From an uncultured virus (IMG/VR IMGVR_UViG_3300044641_008909) (taxonomy: Duplodnaviria > Heunggongvirae > Uroviricota > Caudoviricetes), in the IMG/VR virus record IMGVR_UViG_3300044641_008909: a DNA stretch of 64,000 nt. One strand, 5' to 3'. A program made the translations under genes and the position numbers. Below the pieces are notes generated by a model. It saw only the letters and a list, made by a program, of their open reading frames with translations. It had not been told where the DNA came from and did not search any database. Below are positions 29,200 through 39,169 of this stretch, piece after piece. Position 1 is the stretch's first letter; every line of letters starts with the position of its first letter.

Positions 29200-29235
29200 A
29201 ATGTGGAGGTAATTTGTTGTTAGCAAGGAAGAGCT

Positions 29236-30579
29236 ATGCACATGAATATTGTTGGCTTTGAACATTTGCATTTACACAGCGAATACAGTATCCTTGACGG
29301 TTTTGGGAAAATTTTAGAATATTGCGACAGATGGAGCACACATGGTGATTACCTTTGTGTTACCGATCATGGACTCATGGCATCAATCCCAAGTCTAATC
29401 TCACAAACAGAACAATTTGATAAAAAGAAGTTTAAGCCAGTTTTTGGCTGCGAGCTTTACGTTAATCCTATTCACACAGAAGCAACTGAGAACGAAGAAG
29501 AAAGAAATAACTTCATAAAGAGTCTTTCTCCTGATCAATACGAAGCATTCAAAACATCAAGTCATATATTAGCCATTGCCGTTTCAAACAAAGGTTACGA
29601 AAACTTAACTAAACTTTGTAGCCTTGGTTGGTCACAAGGTTTTTATAGGAAACCTAGAGTTAATCATGAATTATTAAAGAAACACAGAGAAGGTATAATC
29701 TTTACTAGTTGTTGTTGCGCTTCAGAAGCAGCAAGAGCTTTGAAGCTATATGGAAAAGAAAAAGCAGAAGAAATGGTTCTGAAATACAAGGATATGTTTG
29801 GTGATAACTTTTATCTTGAAATGATGTTGCTTGATTTTGAGTATCAGAGAGGTTATGACCAATTTTTAGTAGAAATGCATCTTAAGCATGGCATTCCTAT
29901 GATTATGAGCAATGATGTTCATTATGCATATGAGGAAGATAGCAAGTATCAGACAATAATGATGTTGGTTAACACTAAGAGAACATTAGCTGAAATTGAA
30001 AAGTTGAAGTCAGAAAATGCTGATGTTTTTGAATTGCAGGATAGAAACCTTTGGATGAAGACTGAAGATGAAATGAACAAGAAGTGGCTTGAGAAATATT
30101 CTGATGTAATTCCTTTGGAGATATTTGAACAAGCCAAGATGAATACTGTTAAGATATGTCGTATGGCAGAGAATGTTAAGTTGGATAGAAGTGTTAAATT
30201 GCCTAAGATTATTGATGAAGAGGAGAAATTGAAAGAATTAGTAATGCAAGGTTTGAAGAAGAGAGGGATTAGTAAAACTAATGATGTTTATTTCAAGAGA
30301 ATATTAGAAGAATTAGATTTGATTTTTAGAAAGCAATTTTCATCTTACTTTTTAATTGTTAAAAGTTTTACTGATGAAGCTAGGAGAATTAGTCATGAGA
30401 TTACTGGTTTGGATGGTGTTTATGCGGTTGGACCCGGTCGAGGTTCTGGTGCTGGTTCTCTCGTCTTATATTTACTTGGTGTTACTGACGTAGATCCAAT
30501 CAGACATGACCTACTGTTCTCTAGATTCCTCTCAGAGAATAGAGGTAGTCAAGCTGTACTGAAGTTTAGTCAATCTTGA
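29236..30579 (+). CDS. dnaE: DNA polymerase III alpha, N-terminal subunit (PHP domain plus GRGS/RFL segment)
   Basis: 'HLHLHSEYSILDG', 'TDHG', 'GCELY', 'NDVHY', 'GPGRGSGAGSLV.Y.LG.TD.DP...DLLF.RFL'; stops before the PDxDxD motif. Confidence 0.93.
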   Translation: MHMNIVGFEHLHLHSEYSILDGFGKILEYCDRWSTHGDYLCVTDHGLMASIPSLISQTEQFDKKKFKPVFGCELYVNPIHTEATENEEERNNFIKSLSPDQYEAFKTSSHILAIAVSNKGYENLTKLCSLGWSQGFYRKPRVNHELLKKHREGIIFTSCCCASEAARALKLYGKEKAEEMVLKYKDMFGDNFYLEMMLLDFEYQRGYDQFLVEMHLKHGIPMIMSNDVHYAYEEDSKYQTIMMLVNTKRTLAEIEKLKSENADVFELQDRNLWMKTEDEMNKKWLEKYSDVIPLEIFEQAKMNTVKICRMAENVKLDRSVKLPKIIDEEEKLKELVMQGLKKRGISKTNDVYFKRILEELDLIFRKQFSSYFLIVKSFTDEARRISHEITGLDGVYAVGPGRGSGAGSLVLYLLGVTDVDPIRHDLLFSRFLSENRGSQAVLKFSQS

Positions 30580-30586
30580 TGTTTAT

Positions 30587-31939
30587 TTATTGTTTGAGTA
30601 AAGAAATTACTTCTGGATTTGTTCCTGTGTAATACTTTCTTAAGATTTGTCTCATTTTATTTTTGTTAGATGCATAATGAAGCAAATTATAAACATTATC
30701 AGAATTTAGTTTATCAATATTTTCTTTACCTAATATTCTTGCCATTTCTTCTATGTCATATGCATTACGAAGCAAACTATAAACATCACTATTAGTTAAT
30801 TTATTAATATTTTCTGGACCTAATATTTCTGCCATTTCTGCCATTTTATTTTTGTTAGATGCATAATGAAGCAAATCAGAAACATTTTTAGCAGTTAATT
30901 TATTAATATTGTCTGGACCTAATATTCTTGCCATTTGACCTTTGTTTTTTGTATAAATAAGCAAGTTATAAACATGATCACCAGATAATTTATTAATATT
31001 GTCTGATGAAAATATTCCTGCCATTTCATCTTTGTTTTTTGTAAGTCTAAGCAAACTATAAATATCATCATCAGATAATTTATTAATATTGTCTGAACCC
31101 AATATTCTTGCTATTTCATCTTTATTTTCTGCATAATAAAGCAAAGTAGAAATATCGTCATTAGACAATTCTGGTTTATATTGAATTATAATTCTTGCTA
31201 TTTCATCTTTGTTTTCTGCGTCATCAAGAAATTTTTGAATATCATTATTAAACAAATTTCTATTTTTTAACAATTTTTCAAGTTGGTTCAAAGGAATTTT
31301 GTTTATATCAGGTAATGGCTTCCTCAATATTTGTGGAATCACAAGTATCCTTCTCAACGCAGTACCAGTAAAAACAACACCTTGAGTTGGTTCGTTTTCA
31401 TGAATTGTTTTAGTATTATGATCTACAAATCCATCAATCTCACATTTTCTTAAATTAGCATTCCATAAAACAGGTTTATGGAATGCCATTTCTCTGGTCA
31501 CAAGCCATAATTTAGAATAATTACTACGCAATTCATAATTGTTCTCAAGGCGTTCTATTGCAAGATCAACTTCTTCTTTTGCAAACACATTAAGTAAATC
31601 CAATCCTTTCTGATTATTTATATCAGAAGTCATGTGTAATATTTTTTCTGGTCTTGTAAACTCGCAAACATTAAGATAAGGTTGTTCTCCAGCAAATGGA
31701 ACATTCATTTTCTTTTCAATGACAAAATCTATTGGATAAAAGTAAATGCCAAGAGGCGTATCGTATTTACTTTTTGGATTGATGCCAACTTTATCAATCA
31801 TTGTAAACGTAACAACAAGATTTTCTGGATTTGGATGAGTTTCTTGTATGTGTTTCAATGCAGTCAATGGCTCACGAAATTCTTGGTCCTTGACCGTTAT
31901 TGTTTCAGATAAAATTAACCAAGATTTAAAGTTCATCAT
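30587..31939 (-). CDS. putative virion-packaged protein with C-terminal ~30-aa helical repeats
   Basis: MMNFKSWLILSE start; 'TPLGIYFYP' domain; repeats of NKxxMAxILGxDNINKLxxxxVYxLL. Confidence 0.8.
   Translation of the reverse strand: MMNFKSWLILSETITVKDQEFREPLTALKHIQETHPNPENLVVTFTMIDKVGINPKSKYDTPLGIYFYPIDFVIEKKMNVPFAGEQPYLNVCEFTRPEKILHMTSDINNQKGLDLLNVFAKEEVDLAIERLENNYELRSNYSKLWLVTREMAFHKPVLWNANLRKCEIDGFVDHNTKTIHENEPTQGVVFTGTALRRILVIPQILRKPLPDINKIPLNQLEKLLKNRNLFNNDIQKFLDDAENKDEIARIIIQYKPELSNDDISTLLYYAENKDEIARILGSDNINKLSDDDIYSLLRLTKNKDEMAGIFSSDNINKLSGDHVYNLLIYTKNKGQMARILGPDNINKLTAKNVSDLLHYASNKNKMAEMAEILGPENINKLTNSDVYSLLRNAYDIEEMARILGKENIDKLNSDNVYNLLHYASNKNKMRQILRKYYTGTNPEVISLLKQ
30640..31240 (-). 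repeat. intragenic ~90-bp tandem repeats (about 6-7 units)
   Basis: Recurring 'tttattaatattgtctg...aatattcttgccattt' units; boundaries approximate. Confidence 0.85.
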
Positions 31940-31941
31940 TT

Positions 31942-32235
31942 TTAGTCCAAGTGGCTAACTTCATAGTCATCAAATTTACTTGTCTTTGAAAAATCAATAC
32001 TTGGTGTTCCTAAATCGCCAAAAGGCTTATCTGTGTTATAACCTTTAGCTCTATAGGGCAAACTCTTTTTGCCTTGTAGTGGGAAACCGTAATGCTTACC
32101 TTTGACAAATGTGTCTTCTGGTGCATTCGGATCAGGAAAAGCATAACTTTTCATGATGTCTTGCATTTTCTTACGAGAATCACTGATTTCTAAATCTTTT
32201 TTATAAGCAGCTAATGATTTAATTTTTTTTGCCAT
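31942..32235 (-). CDS. hypothetical protein
   Basis: SD GAGGTG and TAAATA upstream. Confidence 0.7.
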   Translation of the reverse strand: MAKKIKSLAAYKKDLEISDSRKKMQDIMKSYAFPDPNAPEDTFVKGKHYGFPLQGKKSLPYRAKGYNTDKPFGDLGTPSIDFSKTSKFDDYEVSHLD

Positions 32236-32268
32236 TGTTCACCTCTATGCTTTATTTACGATTTTCGT

Positions 32269-32297
32269 TTGATTTTTACAACCAAATCTAGTAAAAT
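32269..32297 (+). promoter_or_regulatory. sigma70-type promoter, leaderless for the dnaE C-terminal subunit
   Basis: TTGATT-17 nt-TAAAAT-6 nt-ATG. Confidence 0.7.
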
Positions 32298-32303
32298 ACC
32301 TAT

Positions 32304-34772
32304 ATGAGCATTACAATTGAAAATTTTACAAAACTGATCAAACATCAGTTTAACAAATTTCCTTTTTGCAATGATCCAGAACATAAGTTCAGGCTCAGAT
32401 ATGAATTAATTGAAATTGAAACACAAAATTGCTGCGATTATTTCATCGACCTCGTAAGACAAAAAAAGAAATTACCCAATGAAAACAATCTCCTTGTTCC
32501 AGTTCTTCTCGGAATATGTGATGAATTTAACATAAACGAAATGCCTAAAACAAAAACAAATGAATTTCCAGACGTTGATATTGACTTTATAGCAGATGTT
32601 AGAGATTATCTTAAAAATACATACGCACCTAGTGAATACAAAGCTGTAAATACTTGTTCAATCGGAACTTATGGAAGATATGCTCTTAAGAGCGCCATGA
32701 TTGACATGGCGAGAATATATGGATTAGACAGAAATGAAGTTTTAAATATTACTAAGAATTTAAGGATGAGAGATGAAGATGGGGATGAATTGACTTATGA
32801 GGAAGCTGTTGATACTTTTCCTGAATTAAAATCATATCTTGGAAAATATCCAGAATTAGCATTAGCAGTTCAAAAGTTGCTTCATAGAATTAGAAATACA
32901 GGCAAACATGCTGGTGGTGTTATTATATGCAGAGATGAAATTAACAAATTCGTTCCCTTAATGAAAACTACTGGTGGTGATCACTTAGTATCACAATTTG
33001 TTGAAGGATTAGCGACACAAGAACTTGGACCGCTTGGTCTTGTAAAATTTGATTTGTTGGTAATTAGTGCTTTAGAACAAATGGCATATACTGCAAAGAT
33101 GGTAAAAGAAAGACATAATGTAAAATTCATTTCAGGCAATAATGAAGATTGGGATGATATATCTTATCTGAATGATCCAAAATCAATAGCAAATGCTAAT
33201 GACGCAGATCTTATTGGTGTGTTCCAGTATGATAGCAGTGGCATTAGAGAGGTCGTAAAAGCCTCTGGGATCGATAGTTTTAATGACTTAGTAGCAATCG
33301 TCAGTTTGTATCGTCCGGGTCCGCTTAACGCAGAAATGGATAAAGTATTCATTAGAAGAAAAACAAAACAAGAAGAATACACACTTCATCCCGCTCTTGC
33401 ACCAATTCTTTCTTCTACATATGGAATTATTGTCTACCAAGAACAAGTTATGAGAATCCTTAACGTAGTTGGTAAAATTCCACTCAAAGACTGCGAAACA
33501 ATCAGAAAAGCCATTTCAAAGAAAAAAATATCAAGCTTTATAAAATATAAAGAACAGTTTATTGAAAACGGCATCCATGTACTTGAAGCAACAAGAGAAG
33601 AAGTAGCACAAATTTTCTCTGAAATTGAAGCTTTCGCCGCTTATGGATTCAACCTAAGTCATGCCACAGCTTATACTTACGTTTCATCACGCCAACTATA
33701 TTTAAAGACACATTATCCGCTTGAATTTTATGCTGCTCTTCTGATGTTAGAAAAGGATGAGGAGAAGAAAAGAGTTTACATTACAGATGCTTACAAGCAT
33801 GGAGTGATTGTTAATCCTGTTGACATAAACAAAAGCAGTTATAATTTTTCTATTCAAGACAATCAGATTTATGCAGGGTTTGGCAACATTAAGGGAATTG
33901 GAGAGGATACAGCTAGAGATATAGTATTAAAGAAGCCTTATAAGGGCATACACGATTTTCTACAGCGGTTTGGATCGGATGCTAGTGTATTGAAAGCTTT
34001 GATTCCTTTGCGTGTGTTTGGGGTCAATACTGAGAAGGATTACAAGTTCTGGCAAGCGTATTCTCTTCAGAACAAGAAAGTTATTGACAAGAATAAAAGA
34101 TCTAATAAAAGTTATTTGGATCTTAAGAAAAGTATTATGAGTTTATTGCCAGAAAAGTATTATAATTTGGAGTTATCTGAAAGTTTGTTTGGTATACTTT
34201 CAAGTATAAATCCTAGTCCAGACGTATTGAAATTGCATAAAAAATGGAAGAGGATGACACAGAAAGGAACAGCCGAGGTAGAGATTAGTTATGATGATTT
34301 TGATGAAGATGAAATTACAATTGATGATAAAGAATTGATTCTTGATCTTAACGACATTCATTTGGCAGAAAGAAAGCATTATGGTTTTCAGTTTACTTGT
34401 CGATTGTCTACATTCAAAATGTACGATCCTAGTTGTACATTTGCAAATTCTATTGAATTGCATGCTAATGGTGTTCGCAGGCACAATGTTCAGATTGAAG
34501 TTTTAGATGTGAATGTTAAGTATTCTAAGAATAACAAATCATATTGTCAGTTAATTGGCATGGACAGTGAGTTTAGGATAGAAAGAATTAATGTATGGGC
34601 AGACGATTATGTGATATTTAAGCATATTCTAGAAAAGAATAATTGTTTATCAATACAGGTTTCTCCACCAACCAATGGATTTTCTACTTTTAGTTTAAAC
34701 TCTCCTCCTCAACATAAAAGATATCTTTTGCCATCAAACACTCTTGATTACAGAATTGTTTTAATAAACTAG
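32304..34772 (+). CDS. dnaE: DNA polymerase III alpha, C-terminal catalytic subunit
   Basis: 'PDVDIDF', 'HAGGV', 'GLVKFDLL', 'GVFQ', 'LYRPGPL', 'YQEQVM', 'YGFN.SH', 'YLKTHYP.EF', 'IKGIG' HhH, OB-like C-terminus. Confidence 0.95.
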   Translation: MSITIENFTKLIKHQFNKFPFCNDPEHKFRLRYELIEIETQNCCDYFIDLVRQKKKLPNENNLLVPVLLGICDEFNINEMPKTKTNEFPDVDIDFIADVRDYLKNTYAPSEYKAVNTCSIGTYGRYALKSAMIDMARIYGLDRNEVLNITKNLRMRDEDGDELTYEEAVDTFPELKSYLGKYPELALAVQKLLHRIRNTGKHAGGVIICRDEINKFVPLMKTTGGDHLVSQFVEGLATQELGPLGLVKFDLLVISALEQMAYTAKMVKERHNVKFISGNNEDWDDISYLNDPKSIANANDADLIGVFQYDSSGIREVVKASGIDSFNDLVAIVSLYRPGPLNAEMDKVFIRRKTKQEEYTLHPALAPILSSTYGIIVYQEQVMRILNVVGKIPLKDCETIRKAISKKKISSFIKYKEQFIENGIHVLEATREEVAQIFSEIEAFAAYGFNLSHATAYTYVSSRQLYLKTHYPLEFYAALLMLEKDEEKKRVYITDAYKHGVIVNPVDINKSSYNFSIQDNQIYAGFGNIKGIGEDTARDIVLKKPYKGIHDFLQRFGSDASVLKALIPLRVFGVNTEKDYKFWQAYSLQNKKVIDKNKRSNKSYLDLKKSIMSLLPEKYYNLELSESLFGILSSINPSPDVLKLHKKWKRMTQKGTAEVEISYDDFDEDEITIDDKELILDLNDIHLAERKHYGFQFTCRLSTFKMYDPSCTFANSIELHANGVRRHNVQIEVLDVNVKYSKNNKSYCQLIGMDSEFRIERINVWADDYVIFKHILEKNNCLSIQVSPPTNGFSTFSLNSPPQHKRYLLPSNTLDYRIVLIN

Positions 34773-34780
34773 TTTATTTT

Positions 34781-35206
34781 ATGCAAAACGAACTTATTGT
34801 AACTGAAGAAAACTTTGATAAATATTTTAGAAATATTAGGACAAAGAAAAAGCAGAAGAATGATGTTATAGCTGTATTTCAGTCTTCTGCTATTTTTCAA
34901 AAGGGTAAGTTGAAGGAAGAGATAGTTGATTTATTGTGCAATGAATTTGGAAGTGTTGCAAAATGTGTTGGCAAGTTGTTTAAATATGCTTATGCTTCTC
35001 AGGGTGAAGCGATAAGATTGTGTAAAGAAATAATTAAAGATTTTACATCTGGTATTTCAAGAGACGATATTGTAATAAAAGAATATCCTTTTTTCTTACA
35101 AATGTTTTTTTACACAAAAGAAAAGTATATGCCAAAAGATGATGCAAGGTGGATGGTATTGAAAGATGAAAAAAGAGAAAATAATAACAATATTATGTCC
35201 GTATAA
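34781..35206 (+). CDS. hypothetical protein
   Basis: 141-aa ORF. Confidence 0.7.
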   Translation: MQNELIVTEENFDKYFRNIRTKKKQKNDVIAVFQSSAIFQKGKLKEEIVDLLCNEFGSVAKCVGKLFKYAYASQGEAIRLCKEIIKDFTSGISRDDIVIKEYPFFLQMFFYTKEKYMPKDDARWMVLKDEKRENNNNIMSV

Positions 35207-35711
35207 ACAAATTCCTAACAGTTTTAGTGTTGCTATAAAAAACAATAAAGGATTTTTAGTTGCCGAACAGTTTTACAAGTGCAGAGAAATATTTCATGAA
35301 GATTTTCCATATACAAAAAATCTGATTGTATGTATTCCTCCTTACAAGAAGAAAAGATTGTGTAATACATTTGAATTTATAGAAAAACACTTGAATATAA
35401 AAAATAAATCAAAAATATTTTTAACTCAAAGAAAAAATTTATTTTATGTAAAATTAAGTGATTTTTGGAAATCTAAGATCAAATTTAGCTTACTTACCTT
35501 GCTAATCAGGTCTGGACTTAAGATAAATGATGACATAAGTATAGAAAAGTTGATATCAAAATTGTCATATTTGAAGAAAACTAAGGAAGCTTTATATGTA
35601 TTTTTTATTGGAAACACTAGATATTATGGCAAGAACAGTTCTTGGTTCAAAGAATTCAAAGACAAAAGTGCAGAGGAATCTGCCAAGTTGCTGAAAAAGG
35701 CAAATAGTTGA
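35166..35711 (+). CDS. hypothetical basic protein
   Basis: 181-aa ORF. Confidence 0.65.
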   Translation: MKKEKIITILCPYKQIPNSFSVAIKNNKGFLVAEQFYKCREIFHEDFPYTKNLIVCIPPYKKKRLCNTFEFIEKHLNIKNKSKIFLTQRKNLFYVKLSDFWKSKIKFSLLTLLIRSGLKINDDISIEKLISKLSYLKKTKEALYVFFIGNTRYYGKNSSWFKEFKDKSAEESAKLLKKANS

Positions 35712-35723
35712 ATATATAGTTTA

Positions 35724-36428
35724 ATGGAGGCAACAACAATGTCTGACTGGGAAAAACAAAAAGATCAAATGAAAGACTTTTGCAAAGTTTGGGATAAAGC
35801 CAAGAGCAAAGAAGCTAATGGCGGCAAGAAGGTTGTAAAGAATCAAGCGTATTGCACATTGAAGGAATCTTTTGATAACACGCTATCAAACTACAAGAGC
35901 GATTGGGAAAGAATCCTAAAAGCTTCTGTACCAGCATTTTCCGAAGATGGAGATGGTCAGATTCTCAATGAAGTCCGTAAAAAAAAAGTAGGTAAGAAAG
36001 CAACATCAAAAACAAAGGCTAAAAAGTCAAAAAAATCTCCATATGATTTGCTTAACCCTGATGCTTTTAATTATGTAAAGCCAAGTATTGAAGATGCTGA
36101 TGCTGATGATACCAGTTTGACTGTTAAGGTTAAGAAGTTAGCTAATTTGCCTAATAAAGTAGATTCTGATTCTTATGGTAGAGATGGAGTTGGCAAGAGT
36201 GGCAGAACAAAGGTTTCTGCCGGTTGGACAGATGATCCTAACATGAAGAAATTGGTTGATTTAAAGCAGAAGCTTTATGATTTAGAGCGTGAGATGAGTG
36301 TACCAAATGGTCTTGATGAAATAAAAACTAAGAAAAACGAAAAGAAATTTAACAAATTACATGATGAGATCGCTAAGTTAAGTGATAAGTTCGTTGGCGA
36401 CTACAAGACAAACCAATACTATGTCTGA
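35724..36428 (+). CDS. hypothetical Lys-rich protein
   Basis: 234-aa ORF; alternative start at 35739 with GGAGG. Confidence 0.7.
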   Translation: MEATTMSDWEKQKDQMKDFCKVWDKAKSKEANGGKKVVKNQAYCTLKESFDNTLSNYKSDWERILKASVPAFSEDGDGQILNEVRKKKVGKKATSKTKAKKSKKSPYDLLNPDAFNYVKPSIEDADADDTSLTVKVKKLANLPNKVDSDSYGRDGVGKSGRTKVSAGWTDDPNMKKLVDLKQKLYDLEREMSVPNGLDEIKTKKNEKKFNKLHDEIAKLSDKFVGDYKTNQYYV

Positions 36429-36621
36429 TTTAGAAAAAAAATTCATGATTCGATGTCTGAAATGCCGTTGGGCAGAAACATCCACCGGCATTTCAGATGA
36501 TCTAAAACATCTTACAGAAATTCCTAGAACATGTATGAACTGTGGAACACCTCGCCAGTTCAAATGTCCTAAATGTGGTCGTGCAGCTAAAATGATGCGG
36601 ATTAAAAGAAGTGCGCCATAA
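36421..36621 (+). CDS. small zinc-ribbon protein
   Basis: Three CxxC motifs; ATG at 36421. Confidence 0.7.
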   Translation: MSDLEKKFMIRCLKCRWAETSTGISDDLKHLTEIPRTCMNCGTPRQFKCPKCGRAAKMMRIKRSAP

Positions 36622-37750
36622 GTATTTAAATTTAAAAAAAGAAAATAAAGAATTATTTAATGAGCTTGTTTTTAACAAGCATATATTTAAAGAAGAGAAA
36701 CAACTTTCTGAGAAGTTGTTTTATTTTTCTTTTGGTGAATTTGGTTGTGAATCTATAATACCAACATTTTTGATTCCGAGAATTAATAATAATTTTAAAG
36801 AATACAGGAAGATTGTTGTTGGTTGGCAAGGTAGAGAATACTTTTACAGAGATGTCTGCGATGAATTTTGGGAAATAGACAATGAATTCATGTCTCTTAA
36901 AGACAGATCCCATGCTTTTGAAAATCACTCAACAGAAATAGCAAGTCTTGAAAAAAGATTATCTAATTTAGGCATCGTTATTAATGGTAATAAGATGGGT
37001 AATTTGTGTTTAACGTGTAGATGTGCTGCTTGTTCTCATGAGTTTCCAAGAGACAGGGGCGATGTATATTGTCCAAAATGTAATTCTGTTAAAATAATTA
37101 AGTCTTTGATACAAGGATGCAAAGACTACAAAAACAATGTTTATCCTTTGCCGCAAATAAATCAAAAATATATTGATTTTGCGGACGAATTGATTCCTGA
37201 AAAATCTGTTGCTCTATTTGCTAGAAACAGAAAAACGTATGGCAGAAATTTGCCAAAAGATTTTTACAATGATGTTATCAATCTTCTAACAGATTTTGGA
37301 TACAAAGTAGTATTGCTTGGAGAAGTGAGTTCTAGTTATAACATTGATAATGATAAGATTATTAATCTTATGAATCATGAGTATGTTGGCAATTTGGAAG
37401 CAGCTTTTGCAGTTGTTAAAAAATGTGATTTTTCTCTTCAATTCTATACAGCATCTACAAGAATAAGTAGTTTGTTGAATAAACCTTTTGTGCTGGTAGA
37501 ATCGCCAGAGCAAATGTTTGGCAGAGGTCAAGAAGGGTTTAGACTGTCCTTAATGACTAAAAAATATAGTGATAAAAAGCTAGTTGTATCCAATTTTGTG
37601 GATGTAGTTGATAATTTTTCAGAATTTCTAACTATGCTTAAAGATGCAGTAATAGATTTTATAGTAAACAAAAATTCTGAAGACGTGTTTTTTAGACCGA
37701 ATGATATGTTATTAGCTCAAAGTCAGAAATACAAAGAAAACATATGGTAA
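36611..37750 (+). CDS. GT9 (heptosyltransferase)-like GT-B protein with inserted zinc ribbon
   Basis: 'GEFG.E', C-terminal 'KVVLLG...NL....LE...AVVKKCDF.....TAS..I..LLNKP' pattern; internal CAAC/CPKC. Confidence 0.55.
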   Translation: MRHKYLNLKKENKELFNELVFNKHIFKEEKQLSEKLFYFSFGEFGCESIIPTFLIPRINNNFKEYRKIVVGWQGREYFYRDVCDEFWEIDNEFMSLKDRSHAFENHSTEIASLEKRLSNLGIVINGNKMGNLCLTCRCAACSHEFPRDRGDVYCPKCNSVKIIKSLIQGCKDYKNNVYPLPQINQKYIDFADELIPEKSVALFARNRKTYGRNLPKDFYNDVINLLTDFGYKVVLLGEVSSSYNIDNDKIINLMNHEYVGNLEAAFAVVKKCDFSLQFYTASTRISSLLNKPFVLVESPEQMFGRGQEGFRLSLMTKKYSDKKLVVSNFVDVVDNFSEFLTMLKDAVIDFIVNKNSEDVFFRPNDMLLAQSQKYKENIW

Positions 37751-38889
37751 ATGCTGTTGATATAAAAGAAGTTATAGAATCTGCCTCTATAAGAGGTAAT
37801 TTTATTAGAGAGAAGTTTGATTCAAGGAATATTCCTGATAATCTACAAAAAATAATTGTAATACCAATATTTCCAGAATTAAGTCATCTTTTAGTTTTTG
37901 CAAATTACATATTTCCTAGTTTAAAGAATGATATTAATTTTAAAGACAAGTACATTATAATTGTTACTTGGAAAGGATTTTCTAAGTTTTTTGCACAAGC
38001 AGATGAAGTATGGTCACAGAAATCTGTTGATAATATTGATAGATTTTATGAAAAAACTGAAGGCATGTTAAATAAATCAGATACAATAACTGTCATTTTT
38101 AGAAGTTTGAATGAATTTTTCAGAAACGTAATTGACCCATCTAGATTTGCAAATTTATTTCAGAATGGCTTCAATAGATCAAATATAGGTAAAAATTCTA
38201 TTGATATAGTTAAATCAAATTTGCCTAATATAAATTATTTGAATCAAAGTATTGTTAAAAGTATTTCAGAATTAGGTGAAAGAAAGGTTTTTATAATTCC
38301 TTTTAAATTCATCAAGCAATGGCACTTAGGTAAGGTAATATTGCATAAATTATCGTCTTCTTTTTACCAAAGTGTGATAGAAAGTTTTACTTCTAAAAAC
38401 ATTAAATGTGTTGTTTTAAAGAATTATATGACGTTTGATATTTCTAAGGATTTTATTGACAATCCTAATGTTTTGTTTGTTCAAGAAGATGATTGGTTTT
38501 TGGTGATGGCGTATATGCTTTCAACTAAGATATTTGTTGATTTCTTTTCTGGTCTTAATTCAATGTCAATGTATTGTGGTTGCAGAAGTATTAGTATTGC
38601 GGAAAGAAATTTTAACGTAGTTTCTAACCAAAAAGATATAGAATTATGTATGACAGATTCAAATATTGATACTAAAGTCTTTACGTTTTTCGATTTAAAT
38701 TATAGTTTGCTTAATAAAAAGTTATTTTTCATAGATAAATTAATTTATGAGATTGTAAATACTAACCTTGACAAGCATATCGAAAATAAAAATAAATATT
38801 CAGTTGATTTGCAGGCAAGTATAGTTGAAAGAGTAAAACAGTTTCACCCCAAGTTTATAGGCATTAAAAAGAAAGTGATTGAGGAATAA
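37744..38889 (+). CDS. divergent GT-B-like paralog of the upstream gene
   Basis: Shares 'IV.W.G...F....DE.W' with the upstream ORF. Confidence 0.5.
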   Translation: MVNAVDIKEVIESASIRGNFIREKFDSRNIPDNLQKIIVIPIFPELSHLLVFANYIFPSLKNDINFKDKYIIIVTWKGFSKFFAQADEVWSQKSVDNIDRFYEKTEGMLNKSDTITVIFRSLNEFFRNVIDPSRFANLFQNGFNRSNIGKNSIDIVKSNLPNINYLNQSIVKSISELGERKVFIIPFKFIKQWHLGKVILHKLSSSFYQSVIESFTSKNIKCVVLKNYMTFDISKDFIDNPNVLFVQEDDWFLVMAYMLSTKIFVDFFSGLNSMSMYCGCRSISIAERNFNVVSNQKDIELCMTDSNIDTKVFTFFDLNYSLLNKKLFFIDKLIYEIVNTNLDKHIENKNKYSVDLQASIVERVKQFHPKFIGIKKKVIEE

Positions 38890-38890
38890 A

Positions 38891-39169
38891 ATGGCACGAA
38901 AGGCAAATGTTAGAGTAGTTTCAAGAGACAACGGTTATGACGATCATCGTGACAGGTCTTTTAAAGCTTTGATGAGTGCATTCCGTCAAGCAGTCAATAA
39001 GGCTGGTATCTTGCGTGAATACAGGCTTAGAGAAACATATGAAAGCCCATCAGAGAAGTCACGCAGGAAGAGGCGTGAGAAGGAAGCTACTATTCTTAAG
39101 AGTCAGATGAGAGAAAGCTTCCCTGTTAAAAACAAAAAGGAAAAGCCATGTCCGAAAAACAAAAAATAA
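38891..39169 (+). CDS. rpsU: ribosomal protein bS21
   Basis: 'F.ALM..FR..V.KAGILRE.R.RE.YE.PSEK.RRK' signature; SD GAGG. Confidence 0.85.
   Translation: MARKANVRVVSRDNGYDDHRDRSFKALMSAFRQAVNKAGILREYRLRETYESPSEKSRRKRREKEATILKSQMRESFPVKNKKEKPCPKNKK

Noticed and set aside
30640..31240. CRISPR array or DGR template/variable repeat
   Set aside because: The repeats are in-frame coding units without unique spacers, differences do not look adenine-specific, and no cas or reverse transcriptase gene is in the window.
30500..32600. Split intein or self-splicing intron joining the dnaE halves
   Set aside because: No Cys/Ser-initiated Hint N-part or HN/GN C-part. The gap holds two ordinary genes and the second half has its own promoter.
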